Numbered from the stretch's first letter, positions 7,071 through 17,645 are shown. The stretch is DNA of 48,724 nt from Candidatus Woesearchaeota archaeon (GCA_014729195.1 WJKI01000013.1:1-48724), one strand, 5' to 3'. Translations and numbers: made by a program. The notes: generated by a model not told the origin, from the sequence alone.

Positions 7071-9320
7071 TTATTGTTTTTTGGCTTTTTTCTTCTTTTT
7101 CTTTTTCTTCTTTTTGGCTTTTTTCTTCTTTTTAACTACTGGAGAACCATCCTGATTAATCTTTTCAATACACCGGCATTTAGGAAACCGATTGCAAGCA
7201 AGAAATGCACCATAAACAGATTTCCTGACAACCATATCTCCTTCACCGCACTTAGGACATTTCTTGGGCTTAACCTTAATCTCAACTTTCTTAGCCGGAC
7301 ACTCAGGATTAATACAAACCTCCTGAGGCCTTTTTCCCTTTTTAATCATCTTAACAACAGGATACTTGCAGTGCTCACAAACCTTGTCAGTAACATCCAC
7401 ACCACCAGACATGGGCAATTTAAAAGTAGTCTTGCACTCAGGATACTTGTCGCAGGCAATAAACCTGCCAAATTTACCTTTTCTTATAGACAACTTACCC
7501 TCCCCACAGGTAGGACAAGGACCAACAGTGGTCATGGCATCTCTTGTCTCTGTAAAAGTAGTATTAAGCCCCTTTCCAATCTCTTTCTGCTTTTTCTTAA
7601 AATCAGCCAAAATATCTTTTAAAACTGTCTTTGCATCTTTTAAAATCTGTTCTTTTTTCTTCTTATTTTCCCTAATCAATTCCATGTCCTTCTCAAACTT
7701 TCTTGTCAATTCCTCGTCTATAATCTTAGAACAATATTTTTCAAGAATGCCAATAATATGAACACCCAAATCAGTAGCTTCCAAAGACTCGCCCTTAACA
7801 TAATTTCTTTTATACAATCTATCAACAATATCTGCTCTTGTGGCTTTAGTACCCAAACTTCTTTTTTCCAATTCTTTAATAATAGAAGAATGAGTATATC
7901 TCTTTGGAGGCTGAGTTTCCTTGCTATGCAAAATAATTTTCTTGACATCAACAACATCATCTTTTTTAACATTTGGCAATTCTGTTTCCTCCAATTTAAC
8001 ATACGGAGCATAAAAAACATGCCAGTTCTTTTCAATCGTCCTTGAACCTTTTGCAATAAAAATTTCCTTTTTAACATCTATATTAATAATCATAGTTTCT
8101 CTAACTGCAGGAGTTGAAAAAGTAGCCATAAACCTCTTGACAATCAAATCATAAATCTTTGCAGGTCGATCTTCCAACCGTCTGCTCACCCCTGTAGGAT
8201 AAATAGCAGGATGCGCAGGATCAGTTTTCTTGCCATTATTCGGCTCCAAATTCTTAATCTTAAGCAAGTCCCCGCATAAATCAGAATATTTTTTATTCTT
8301 TCGCAAAGCAGTAATGATTTTTGCATAACCAATCGCCTTGGGCAATTGCTGAGAAGAAGTTCTTGGATAAGAAATAATGCCGTTAGTATACAAGTTCTGA
8401 GCAATAGACAAAGTCTCCTTGGGTTTGATACCAAAACACCTGTATGCCTCTGTCTGCAATGAAGTCAAGTCAAAAGGATGAGGAGGAGATTGTTTGAATT
8501 TTTTCCTTTCAATATCCGCAACAATGCCAGTTTTTTCATTTTTAACATTTTTCATTACCTTATCTGCTTTTTTCTTGTCCCAAAACTTATCCTCTTTATG
8601 CCAGGCAATAATCGGCGATTTTTTTGCCTCGCCCTGTAATTCAATCTGCCAAAAAGGAACGGGCGTGAATTTTTGAATCTCTTTCTCCCGATCAACAATA
8701 ATCTTCAAAGCCGGTCCCTGCACTCTACCTGTGCTTAAAATCTTAAACATGCCTGTAGAAGTAATCGCAGAAGTCAAAGCCCTGGATAAATTAATACCAT
8801 AAAAATAATCCAAAAAATGTCTGGCCTCGCCTGCCTCTGCCTGCCCCCAATCCAAAGTAGAGCTTGCATTTTCATACGCAGCTATAACATCTGGTTTTGT
8901 CAAAGTAGAAAATTTCATTCTGTTTGCGTCATTTCTGTTGCAGATGAATCTTATGATATTCAAACCGATAACTTCCCCTTCAATATCATAGTCGCAGGCA
9001 ACTGTGAAGGACTTTGCATTTTTTGCCAATTTTTTAAGAACATTAAAATATTTTTTTGAGAAATCAGCAGACTTGGAAACCTCATAATTAGGAACCCACT
9101 CAATATCAAAAACAGGATATTTAAAACCCTTTGACTTAACCTTTTCAGCCAAGCCAAATAAGTGACCTACTGCACAACCAATCACTAAATCCCTGTTTCC
9201 ATGAGTTACTTTATAGTATGGAACACCTTTTAAATTTTCTTTTATTGGTTTTCCATCAGCCAGGGCTTCAGCAATCCTCTTGCTGGCATTAGGCTTCTCT
9301 GTGATAATCAATTCATACAT
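7071..9320 (-). CDS. topA: DNA topoisomerase I (type IA, archaeal TopA) with C-terminal zinc ribbons and a poly-Lys tail
   Basis: Toprim start MYELIITEKPNASKRIAEAL, active-site region ISYPRTSSQQL, and several CxxC...CxxC ribbons. The start is set at ATG 9320. The track extension to 9428 would overlap the divergent gene and encodes a non-homologous hydrophobic peptide. Confidence 0.9.
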   Translation of the reverse strand: MYELIITEKPNASKRIAEALADGKPIKENLKGVPYYKVTHGNRDLVIGCAVGHLFGLAEKVKSKGFKYPVFDIEWVPNYEVSKSADFSKKYFNVLKKLAKNAKSFTVACDYDIEGEVIGLNIIRFICNRNDANRMKFSTLTKPDVIAAYENASSTLDWGQAEAGEARHFLDYFYGINLSRALTSAITSTGMFKILSTGRVQGPALKIIVDREKEIQKFTPVPFWQIELQGEAKKSPIIAWHKEDKFWDKKKADKVMKNVKNEKTGIVADIERKKFKQSPPHPFDLTSLQTEAYRCFGIKPKETLSIAQNLYTNGIISYPRTSSQQLPKAIGYAKIITALRKNKKYSDLCGDLLKIKNLEPNNGKKTDPAHPAIYPTGVSRRLEDRPAKIYDLIVKRFMATFSTPAVRETMIINIDVKKEIFIAKGSRTIEKNWHVFYAPYVKLEETELPNVKKDDVVDVKKIILHSKETQPPKRYTHSSIIKELEKRSLGTKATRADIVDRLYKRNYVKGESLEATDLGVHIIGILEKYCSKIIDEELTRKFEKDMELIRENKKKKEQILKDAKTVLKDILADFKKKQKEIGKGLNTTFTETRDAMTTVGPCPTCGEGKLSIRKGKFGRFIACDKYPECKTTFKLPMSGGVDVTDKVCEHCKYPVVKMIKKGKRPQEVCINPECPAKKVEIKVKPKKCPKCGEGDMVVRKSVYGAFLACNRFPKCRCIEKINQDGSPVVKKKKKAKKKKKKKKKKAKKQ

Positions 9321-9397
9321 ACTTTTAAAAAAAAACAAATAGTTTAAAAAGGTTTGTATATTTGGCATACTATATATAGGCAAAAAAGAGGAAAAAT

Positions 9398-11065
9398 ATG
9401 CAAAAATCCAACCTAAAAAGGGTTTCAAGTATAGTCAATGTTCTTGTAAAACACGGATTAGGTCATTTTGTACAAAAATACGGACTTACAAGACACCTGC
9501 CGTTCCTAAAAAGATTCACAATCACCACAACTGAAACAGGAGACATACCAATACGACTTCGAAAAGCAATGGAAGAATTAGGCGGAGCATATGTAAAATT
9601 AGGACAATTGCTAAGCCTAAGACCGGATTTAGTACCATCCACTTGGTGCGATGAATTCAAAAAATTACTTGATAAAACAACACCTTTTTCTTATGAGCAG
9701 ATTAAAGTGATAGTAGAAAAAGAACTAGGCAAGCCCATTAAAAAAATATTCTCCTCATTTGACAAAAAACCAATTGGTTCAGCATCAATAGCCCAGGTGC
9801 ACAAGGCAACACTTCGCTCCGGCAAAAAAGTAGTAGTCAAAGTCCAAAGACCACAAGTAAGAGAGAAATTCGAATCAGACATCCAAATTCTTTATTATCT
9901 AGCACGAAAAGTTGACAGATATATAAAAAACCATGCAAGCCCCCTGGATATTGTTGAAGAATTTGAAAACTACACAAAAAAAGAACTTGATTTTACAATT
10001 GAAGCAAAAAATGCCGACAAATTTCATAAAAATTTCCGGGAATCATCCAAAGTAGAAATTCCAAAAGTATACTGGCAATATACTACCTCACGCGTATTTG
10101 TAATGGAATATTTTAAAGGAGAGAAATTATCAGAAGCAAAACTGAAAAAATCCCAAAAACCAAAATTGGCCAAGACAATAGCAGAATGTTTTTTCAAACA
10201 AGGAATGGAAGACGGCTTTTTCCATGCAGACCTGCATCCGGGAAACATACTAGTATTACCGAAAGAAAAAATAGCACTGCTCGATTTTGGAATAGTTGCA
10301 GAACTAGATCCAACACTGCAAAAACTTGAACTGGAAATGTACATTGCAATAGTCAATAAAGACGTAAAACAAGTCATAAGAGTATTGCTAAAAGAAGGAA
10401 TGCCAACAGAAGAAACAGACCTGCAGGCATTTGCAATAGACACGGAAAATATACTTGATGAATGGTACGGTGCTGAACTAAAAAGCGCACGCATAACAAG
10501 CATGATGTATCATTTATTCAACAATTGCGTCGCGCATAAAATAAAAATGCCGACAAATTTAATACTGTTGGGAAAAGGAATGCTTACAGCAGAAGGAACC
10601 TGTCTTTATGTAGATCCTCAATTTGATTTTATGGAGTTTTCACGACCGCGAATAGCCAAGCTATTAAAAAAACAAAAAAGACCGGACAAACTAATAAAAA
10701 AATTCATGAGCAAGTCAAGAGATTTAGCATTTAAACTAGCAGATATACCCGATGAGACCATGGATGTTTTAGAAAAATTAAAACACGGAGCAATAAAAGT
10801 AGATATGGCCTATACAGATGTGCGACATGTAGGAATGGACATTAACAAAAGCAGTAATCGTTTGGCCTATGCAATGATAATTGCCGCGTTGATAGTTGCC
10901 GGTTCACTGCTAATACACCTACAGCCATCTATACACGGCTATTCAGTATTCTCAATATTAAGCCTGTCAGGAGCGCTTATATTATTAATCGCCTTATTTG
11001 TATCAGTATTAAGAGAGGGATCAGCTATTTATGACCCTCATAAGAAATGGAAGCCAAGGAGGTGA
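9398..11065 (+). CDS. ABC1/UbiB (aarF-domain) atypical kinase with C-terminal TM helices
   Basis: Contains LGGAYVKLGQLLSLRPDL, GSASIAQVHKA and FFHADLHPGNIL, the typical ABC1 family motifs. Confidence 0.85.
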   Translation: MQKSNLKRVSSIVNVLVKHGLGHFVQKYGLTRHLPFLKRFTITTTETGDIPIRLRKAMEELGGAYVKLGQLLSLRPDLVPSTWCDEFKKLLDKTTPFSYEQIKVIVEKELGKPIKKIFSSFDKKPIGSASIAQVHKATLRSGKKVVVKVQRPQVREKFESDIQILYYLARKVDRYIKNHASPLDIVEEFENYTKKELDFTIEAKNADKFHKNFRESSKVEIPKVYWQYTTSRVFVMEYFKGEKLSEAKLKKSQKPKLAKTIAECFFKQGMEDGFFHADLHPGNILVLPKEKIALLDFGIVAELDPTLQKLELEMYIAIVNKDVKQVIRVLLKEGMPTEETDLQAFAIDTENILDEWYGAELKSARITSMMYHLFNNCVAHKIKMPTNLILLGKGMLTAEGTCLYVDPQFDFMEFSRPRIAKLLKKQKRPDKLIKKFMSKSRDLAFKLADIPDETMDVLEKLKHGAIKVDMAYTDVRHVGMDINKSSNRLAYAMIIAALIVAGSLLIHLQPSIHGYSVFSILSLSGALILLIALFVSVLREGSAIYDPHKKWKPRR

Positions 11066-11070
11066 AACAA

Positions 11071-11343
11071 ATGAAAAAAAGAGTAGCATGCATGTGCGTA
11101 AGAGTGGGAAAATACGCCAAGAAAGAGACAGAAAAAGAAGTAAAATCAATTTTAAAAAAGAGAGGAGTAAAACCGGAAAAAGTAAAAAAAGCCGCAAAAA
11201 AAATAGCAGAACACGGACTAAAAATGGCCAGAGAAATGCAAAAAGTAGCAATGAAAGAAATGAAGACTGCACTCAAAGACGCCAAAAAAACAGTCAAAAA
11301 GAAGAAAACAACAAAAAGGAAAAAGAAGAAAAAGAAAAAATAA
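11071..11343 (+). CDS. small Lys-rich protein with a poly-Lys tail
   Basis: ATG 11071 lies 5 nt after GGAGGTGA (11059-11066). The protein reads MKKRVACMCVRVGKY...KKTTKRKKKKKKK. The track start at 11047 is less likely. Confidence 0.5.
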   Translation: MKKRVACMCVRVGKYAKKETEKEVKSILKKRGVKPEKVKKAAKKIAEHGLKMAREMQKVAMKEMKTALKDAKKTVKKKKTTKRKKKKKKK

Positions 11344-11398
11344 ATTTTTTCTGTGAAAAGAAATAACTTTATAAACTCTCTTTCTTTATTTTTCTTCT

Positions 11399-12466
11399 AT
11401 GATACATGACTTTAGCAAGGAATTTACTGCAGGAGATTGTTTTAGTGATATTTTAGGGCAGGAGGCCACAAAGGAACAGCTAAAATCAGCTCTACTTATG
11501 AACCGGCATGTCATAATAATAGGTTCTCCAGGAATCGGAAAAACAACAATCGCTCGGAACATAGCTAAATTATTACCTTCTGTTGAAGCTAATGACTGCG
11601 AATACCACTGCAATCCATCCAATCCGTTATGTCCGGCATGCAGAAAAGGCAAAACAAAAACCAAAAAGATTGAAGGAATTAATAGATTTATAAGAATACA
11701 AGGGAGTCCGGATTTAACAATAGAAGACCTTATAGGAGACATTGATCCGGCAAAAGCACTTACTCATGGAGCAATGTCTATAGAAGCATTCACTCCGGGC
11801 AAAATTTTCAAAGCAAATAACGGAATACTATTTTTTGATGAAGTAAACAGATGCCCTGAAAAACTACAAAATGCATTATTACAGGTACTGGAAGAAGGAA
11901 AAGCAACCATTGGTTCTTATACTGTTGATTTGCCTGCAAGTTTTATTTTTATCGGAACAATGAATCCACAAGAAACAGCAGCAACAGAAAAACTATCAGA
12001 TGTATTTTTAGACAGATTTGATATTATTCATATGACATATCCTGAAAAAATAGCCATGGAAAAAGAAATAGTGTTAGCACGAGGAGAAAAATGCTCAGTA
12101 ACTCAAAGAGTTCCTGGCACCCATCGAGCTACGCTCTCTGGGAAAGTAGAGTTCCCATCTTTATTATTAGAAGCAACAATAGACTTTGTTCGCATATTAC
12201 GCGAGCATAAAGACTTAATCCGAAAACCAAGTGTTCGCGCATCTATTGGATTATATGAAAGAGCACAAGCAAACGCGGTTTTAGCAGAACGTAAAAAAGT
12301 TAATTCCGAAGATATTGCTAAATCAGTCGTCTCAGTCCTGTCACACAGAATTGAACTAAAACCTTCTGTTAAATATCTACAAACAGAAGAGGAATTCTTA
12401 GCACAAGAGTTTAAAAAATACTGTGCTGAACACCAAGAACTTGAGACGAGTGGTGGTTGTCTTTAG
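11399..12466 (+). CDS. AAA+ ATPase of the ChlI/MoxR (Mg-chelatase-like) type with a Cys4 insert
   Basis: Walker A GSPGIGKTT, Walker B ILFFDEVNR, sensor region FIGTMNP. A CEYHC-x7-CPAC insert follows the P-loop. Confidence 0.8.
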   Translation: MIHDFSKEFTAGDCFSDILGQEATKEQLKSALLMNRHVIIIGSPGIGKTTIARNIAKLLPSVEANDCEYHCNPSNPLCPACRKGKTKTKKIEGINRFIRIQGSPDLTIEDLIGDIDPAKALTHGAMSIEAFTPGKIFKANNGILFFDEVNRCPEKLQNALLQVLEEGKATIGSYTVDLPASFIFIGTMNPQETAATEKLSDVFLDRFDIIHMTYPEKIAMEKEIVLARGEKCSVTQRVPGTHRATLSGKVEFPSLLLEATIDFVRILREHKDLIRKPSVRASIGLYERAQANAVLAERKKVNSEDIAKSVVSVLSHRIELKPSVKYLQTEEEFLAQEFKKYCAEHQELETSGGCL

Positions 12467-13640
12467 CAGTGAGCGGGAAGTTAATGAATTTTCTAAAGCA
12501 GAAGAATATCAAGGCAAACTGCAAATGCAATTACTTGATGACAAACTAATGCATTCTGTTCTTCAAGATGATAACAAAGCAATTGACGACGGCAAAATAA
12601 TAGAAGACGGCATAAACCGCGGAATGAGCGCATTTGTTCCAAACATGATGTTTGAAAATATGGTCAAAAATTTCTCTATAGCCAAGCAACTTTATGGAGA
12701 GAAATTATTGCGGTTAATTTCAGGATATGACCCCAAGTATCTTGAGAGAAATGTCCGAATACCTGAATTCCAGAAAAAATTGAAAAAAGAAATCGAAGAA
12801 AAAATAGAAAATTTACGGCAAAACAAGCTCTTAGACAACGAAGGAAACATTACTGATAAAGGAATTGAACTTGCCTCTCTTTCCTTATATATCGAAGAAA
12901 TAGACAATTTAATTGCAAAAGGAATCATCGGAGAAAAAGTACACAAGCAAATGTCCCATTATGGAGAAAAAAATGAAATTCGCGCTTTTAAAAAAGGAGA
13001 CAGATACAGGGACATCGCAATCCGCAAGTCAATTAAAATGGCAGTCAAAAGAGGACACGACAAAATAAAAAAAGCAGACCTGCGAACACATGAACGGGAA
13101 AGCAAAGGAGCAGTATATATTGTTTATGGTCTTGATAGTTCTGCTTCAATGAAAGGAGACAAAATACACACCTGTAAAAAAGCAGGAGTTGCTTTAGCGT
13201 ATAAGGCCATTTCAGATAAAGATAAAGTTGGCCTTGTTGTGTTTGGAACAGAAATCAAAGATTCAATACCGCCCACGGACGATTTTGGATTTTTTTTGAA
13301 TAGAGTTACAAGAGTCAGGGCTTCCAAGCAAACAGATTTTCAAAAAATGATAGAACACGCATCTGAAATGTTTCCTGCAGAAGATGTTACAAAACATTTG
13401 TTGATTCTCACTGATGCACTCCCTACAGTTGGCAAAGAACCAGAGCAAGAAACACTTGCAGCAGTATCTGGAGCAGCTGCAAAAGGAATAACAATATCTG
13501 TAATTGGAATTAGATTAGATGGAAAAGGAGAAAAACTGGCCAAAAAAATAGTTAAACTGGGAAATGGTAAACTGTATATGATTCGCGATCTTAAAGAAGT
13601 GGATAGGATTGTTCTTGAGGATTACTATAATGTAAGATAA
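12423..13640 (+). CDS. von Willebrand factor A (vWA) domain protein, partner of the AAA+ ATPase
   Basis: C-terminal MIDAS motif VYGLDSSASM and LILTDALPT. The start is uncertain: GTG 12423 overlaps the upstream gene, and the in-frame ATG 12525 is the alternative. Confidence 0.75.
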   Translation: MLNTKNLRRVVVVFSSEREVNEFSKAEEYQGKLQMQLLDDKLMHSVLQDDNKAIDDGKIIEDGINRGMSAFVPNMMFENMVKNFSIAKQLYGEKLLRLISGYDPKYLERNVRIPEFQKKLKKEIEEKIENLRQNKLLDNEGNITDKGIELASLSLYIEEIDNLIAKGIIGEKVHKQMSHYGEKNEIRAFKKGDRYRDIAIRKSIKMAVKRGHDKIKKADLRTHERESKGAVYIVYGLDSSASMKGDKIHTCKKAGVALAYKAISDKDKVGLVVFGTEIKDSIPPTDDFGFFLNRVTRVRASKQTDFQKMIEHASEMFPAEDVTKHLLILTDALPTVGKEPEQETLAAVSGAAAKGITISVIGIRLDGKGEKLAKKIVKLGNGKLYMIRDLKEVDRIVLEDYYNVR

Positions 13641-13688
13641 AAACATTTAAATATGCTAAATTCTAGAAACCAATAAAAAGGAGGTAAT

Positions 13689-14558
13689 ATGGTATTAGAA
13701 CAGATATATTCAGTTGAGTTTCTCAAAAAAAGCCCAAAATACGGTTTTTTACTTGGAATGGCATATACTATCTTTGCAGCCATGTTTTCATTAATGCTTT
13801 TTTCTGAAGACCCCGCACTTGTAATTGTAGGAGTAGTGTCAATGCTGTTAATGCCTTCTTTATACCAAATATCATCATATTACGAATCAAAAGCAAAACA
13901 ACACGCAATAGGAGTATGGAACGTACTAGTAAACAATAAACAATTCATTAAAGTATACATTTACATATTCTTTGGTTCGTTCATTGTTTTTGCATTATTC
14001 TCTTTAGTCATGCCTGCAATGGCCACAAACCATTTATTCAAACAGCAAGTATCAGTAATGGCCGGCGGAGCAACAACAGCAGGAGGAAGTTATTTCTCAA
14101 TACCATTATTCAAAGACCTATTCACACACAACATGTTTGTAATGACAATATGCTTCTTATTATCCCTAATCGCAGGAAATGGAGCAATATTCATGATAAT
14201 ATGGAATGCATCAGTATGGGGAACAGTATTCGGAGTATTAGGAAGAAACACAGCAGTATACTTACAAGCTCACCCAGGAATAATATTCTTTTTAATAATG
14301 CTGAGCGTATTTCCACATGTACTGCTGGAAATAAGCAGCTACATAATCGCGGTAGTGGCAGGAACAATGATATCAGATGCCATGACAAAAGAAAACATAA
14401 TGTCAAAAGCATTTGCAAAAGTCCTTGCAAGCAATCTATTACTGCTCTTATGCGCAATAGGAGTTCTGGCAATAGGCATGATAGTGGAAACGTACGTGCT
14501 TAATAATTTCACAACATACAAAACAATAATACAACTAAGTTCAAGAGCATTACTATGA
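13689..14558 (+). CDS. polytopic membrane protein, SpoIIM-like (DUF95-type)
   Basis: SD AGGAGGTAAT lies upstream. The protein has multiple TM helices. The family call rests on overall topology and sequence feel only. Confidence 0.5.
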   Translation: MVLEQIYSVEFLKKSPKYGFLLGMAYTIFAAMFSLMLFSEDPALVIVGVVSMLLMPSLYQISSYYESKAKQHAIGVWNVLVNNKQFIKVYIYIFFGSFIVFALFSLVMPAMATNHLFKQQVSVMAGGATTAGGSYFSIPLFKDLFTHNMFVMTICFLLSLIAGNGAIFMIIWNASVWGTVFGVLGRNTAVYLQAHPGIIFFLIMLSVFPHVLLEISSYIIAVVAGTMISDAMTKENIMSKAFAKVLASNLLLLLCAIGVLAIGMIVETYVLNNFTTYKTIIQLSSRALL

Positions 14559-15139
14559 AGATTCTGGCATTTGTAGACCTACATGAAAGCCTGACAGCAT
14601 TAAAAGAAATAGAAAAAAAAGCAAAAAAAGCGGATTTGGTAGTATGTGCAGGAGATTTAACAATATTTGAAACACACCTGGAACAATTAATGAACCGATT
14701 AAGCAAAATAAAAAAACCAATATTTATGATTCCAGGAAACCATGAAACTGCCGCAGTACTAAAAAAATACTGCAGTTTTTATAATAACATCACATTTATC
14801 CACAAACGCCTAAAAAAATTCAAAGAGTATTATTTTTTAGGATGGGGTGGAGGAGGATTTGACCCTGTGGAAAAGGAATTTGAAGCACTGGTAAAAAATA
14901 TAGACATAAAAGGAAAAAAAATAGTGCTGGTAACACACGCACCACCAAGCAATACAAAATTAGACCGGATATTCAAAGAACATCACGGCAACAAATCAAT
15001 AACAAGATTTATCAAAAAAAACAAGAATGTAGTCCTTCACATATCAGGACATTTCCATGAAACATGGGGAAAAAAGGACAAAATAAACAATACCCCCATA
15101 CTTAATCCAGGACCAAAAGGAGAGATAATAAAATTATGA
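14555..15139 (+). CDS. calcineurin-like metallophosphoesterase
   Basis: Motifs DLHES, GDLT, GNHE, THAPP and GHFHE occur in the canonical order. The start overlaps the upstream stop. Confidence 0.8.
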   Translation: MKILAFVDLHESLTALKEIEKKAKKADLVVCAGDLTIFETHLEQLMNRLSKIKKPIFMIPGNHETAAVLKKYCSFYNNITFIHKRLKKFKEYYFLGWGGGGFDPVEKEFEALVKNIDIKGKKIVLVTHAPPSNTKLDRIFKEHHGNKSITRFIKKNKNVVLHISGHFHETWGKKDKINNTPILNPGPKGEIIKL

Positions 15140-16446
15140 GATTTGACCGCAATCAAAAAAAGCTAATCATTAATGGAGGACTTTGGGCAGCTTATGAAGG
15201 ATTTACCTCCGCATTTCTAGCAGCATTTGCATTAACACTTGGAGCATCAAATACCGTGATAGGAGCAATAAGCGCAATGCCTTTTGTTGCACTTATCTTC
15301 TCCCAGATTCCCGGGGCAAAACTAATTGAATATGTTTCAAGAAAAAAAATATATGTAACAAGCACCACAATATCCCGGCTACTATGGATATTCATAATAA
15401 TAACACCCTATTTTTTCAAAGAACATCCTTTATTTGTAATAACCTTTACTTACTTTTTAATACGATATACAGAATACGTCACAGACGCATCCTGGACAAC
15501 AACGGCGGCAGACATAACCCCTGTCAAAAAAAGAGGAATATTATTCGGAACCAGAAACATGTTTTTAGTCTTTGGATTAATGGCAGCATCAACAATAGGC
15601 GCGTTTTATCTGGACTTATTTCCAAAAAACAGTCCCCACGGATTTACAACAATATTCACAATGGGAATACTAATTGGACTGCTTGCAACAACACAATTTG
15701 GAAAAATCAAAATACCTCCTTATCAGGATCATAAACACCATCAACTAAAAGAATTTTTTTCACGCAAAACACTAAAACCCTACACATCAATAATATTCTT
15801 TTTTAATTTTGCATATTCCCTTGCATCACCCCTATTTGTTGTATACATACTTAAAAATCTGGGCCTGAGCTACAAAATATACATAGGTACAATAATAATT
15901 ACATCAATACTCAAAATGCTGTCAAACAGGCATTGGGGAATAATAACTGATAGATATGGAGACAAGCCAGTGGCAGTAATCTGTATGTTTGGAACAGCAT
16001 TAGTTCCTCTGACCTACTTATTTGTCACGCCAAATACCTTGTGGCTGATAGTTCCAGCGCAAATAATCTCGGGAATTGCCTGGGCTGGAGTAGATTTATC
16101 AGCATTTAATCTATTATTAGATTTCACCAATCCCAAAAGAAGAGCAACAGAAATTGCACAACACAACATGATAATCGCGATTCCTCTGATAATTTCACCA
16201 ATATTCGGCGGAATACTTGCAGACAACATACAACACTTTGTTATTACAGGAATACCCTTTGTATTCCTTGTATCTGCAATATTGCGGTTAATATCCTCTG
16301 GTCTAATGTATCGAATAAGCGAACCAAGAGCAAAAAGAAAATATGACCTATTATTTGTATTCAAAAGAGCAGTAGCAATCCATCCTGAAAAATTCGCAGA
16401 ACATCTGGTTAACGGAATTGTAGCCAGAGTAAGGAATAGGTTTTAA
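15136..16446 (+). CDS. MFS-type transporter
   Basis: About 12 predicted TM segments arranged in two halves. The start overlaps the upstream stop. Confidence 0.6.
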   Translation: MRFDRNQKKLIINGGLWAAYEGFTSAFLAAFALTLGASNTVIGAISAMPFVALIFSQIPGAKLIEYVSRKKIYVTSTTISRLLWIFIIITPYFFKEHPLFVITFTYFLIRYTEYVTDASWTTTAADITPVKKRGILFGTRNMFLVFGLMAASTIGAFYLDLFPKNSPHGFTTIFTMGILIGLLATTQFGKIKIPPYQDHKHHQLKEFFSRKTLKPYTSIIFFFNFAYSLASPLFVVYILKNLGLSYKIYIGTIIITSILKMLSNRHWGIITDRYGDKPVAVICMFGTALVPLTYLFVTPNTLWLIVPAQIISGIAWAGVDLSAFNLLLDFTNPKRRATEIAQHNMIIAIPLIISPIFGGILADNIQHFVITGIPFVFLVSAILRLISSGLMYRISEPRAKRKYDLLFVFKRAVAIHPEKFAEHLVNGIVARVRNRF

Positions 16447-17387
16447 AACTTCAAAATTCTATTAGGTATATCTTGTTTCATCAATAAAACCACTCTTGAC
16501 TCTGGTTTTTCGTCAATGATTTTCCAGTTTAGTTCTGCTGCTATTCTCTCTGCAAATTGTTTAATATCTTTATGATAAGGCATATTTTGAATTTCCAACC
16601 TGTTTCTTGAATGACCAACCCACATGTAAGCCTTTAATTCAACAAACAAAGGATTTGCTTTCTTGATCAATTCAGCATACTGCTCTGGGCGTGACATATT
16701 AACTCCTTTAACCAAAGTTAATCTAAGACAAGAACGATTGAATTTGTTTATTAAAGATAAAGATTCATTAATTCTTTCCCATCCCTTACTTATTAACGGA
16801 TTACAGGTTTTTTCGTAAATTTCCTTATTCGGAGCAGGCAAAGTAAGATATAACTGAGTGGGCTGATGATTCAAAAGCTTTTTTAACATTTCTGGCTGAG
16901 TTCCATTAGTAACCAAGAATACAGTCATTTTTCTTCTCTTTATTTCATCTACCAATTCCGGCAACTGGGGATACAAAGTCGGCTCTCCTGTCAAAGAAAC
17001 AGCAAAATGCAATGGTCTTTCTATCTGAGCGTATCTTTCTTTGTTTCTGTTCTCATTACCGCCAAAACCATACAGGTATCTTTTATGCTCTTCAATACAA
17101 TTATCAATAATCTGCTCAGGAGTATCCTCAATCTGATTGATTTCATCTGTTTCCTCAATATTTCTCCAGCAAAAAACACACCGATGAGTGCAGGCAAAAA
17201 CAGGAGTCATCTGAATGCACCGCCAGGATTGAATACCATAAAAATCACCCTTATAACAGATTTCATCTCCTCTCAAGGATTTCCTGCACCAATCACAAAC
17301 TTTCATAGCGCTGTGCCTGCCTGTAAATCTATAACCTTGTTTTTCAAGGTCTTTTTGAGTATTTGCTGAAACCATAATATAAACCAT
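16443..17387 (-). CDS. taw1: tRNA wybutosine/wyosine biosynthesis radical SAM enzyme TYW1/Taw1
   Basis: Radical SAM motif CTHRCVFCWR, upstream Cys cluster, and LSLTGEPTLYP. Confidence 0.85.
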   Translation of the reverse strand: MVYIMVSANTQKDLEKQGYRFTGRHSAMKVCDWCRKSLRGDEICYKGDFYGIQSWRCIQMTPVFACTHRCVFCWRNIEETDEINQIEDTPEQIIDNCIEEHKRYLYGFGGNENRNKERYAQIERPLHFAVSLTGEPTLYPQLPELVDEIKRRKMTVFLVTNGTQPEMLKKLLNHQPTQLYLTLPAPNKEIYEKTCNPLISKGWERINESLSLINKFNRSCLRLTLVKGVNMSRPEQYAELIKKANPLFVELKAYMWVGHSRNRLEIQNMPYHKDIKQFAERIAAELNWKIIDEKPESRVVLLMKQDIPNRILKF

Positions 17388-17417
17388 ACAGAAAGAGTTT
17401 AAAAAAGTAATGGAGAA

Positions 17418-17645
17418 TCAGACATCGCCATTTCTAAAGTATAAATCAGCAACTTGTGCTAAATATTTATCCCTTAAAGGACTGGAACTCAGCTTGGGAT
17501 CTTCCCTTAATGTGCCAAAAATATTTTCATTAATTCCAGACTTATCATCTGGACATTTTGAGTTTGCTTCTGTCGCTAAAATAGTAGAAATACTAGATGA
17601 ATCCACGACTTCTCTTAATCCCTTTACCTGATCAAAAATACTCAT
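17418..17645 (-). CDS. hypothetical small protein
   Basis: GAGGTAATATC-ATG is a good RBS on the - strand. The gene is co-oriented with and directly upstream of taw1. The opposite-strand ORF 17410..17631 has no RBS. Confidence 0.45.
   Translation of the reverse strand: MSIFDQVKGLREVVDSSSISTILATEANSKCPDDKSGINENIFGTLREDPKLSSSPLRDKYLAQVADLYFRNGDV

Noticed and set aside
9321-9428. The 36-aa N-terminal extension of topA in the ORF track
   Set aside because: The extension is a hydrophobic, non-homologous peptide that overlaps the divergent ABC1 kinase start. The canonical Toprim start MYELIITEKP begins at 9320.
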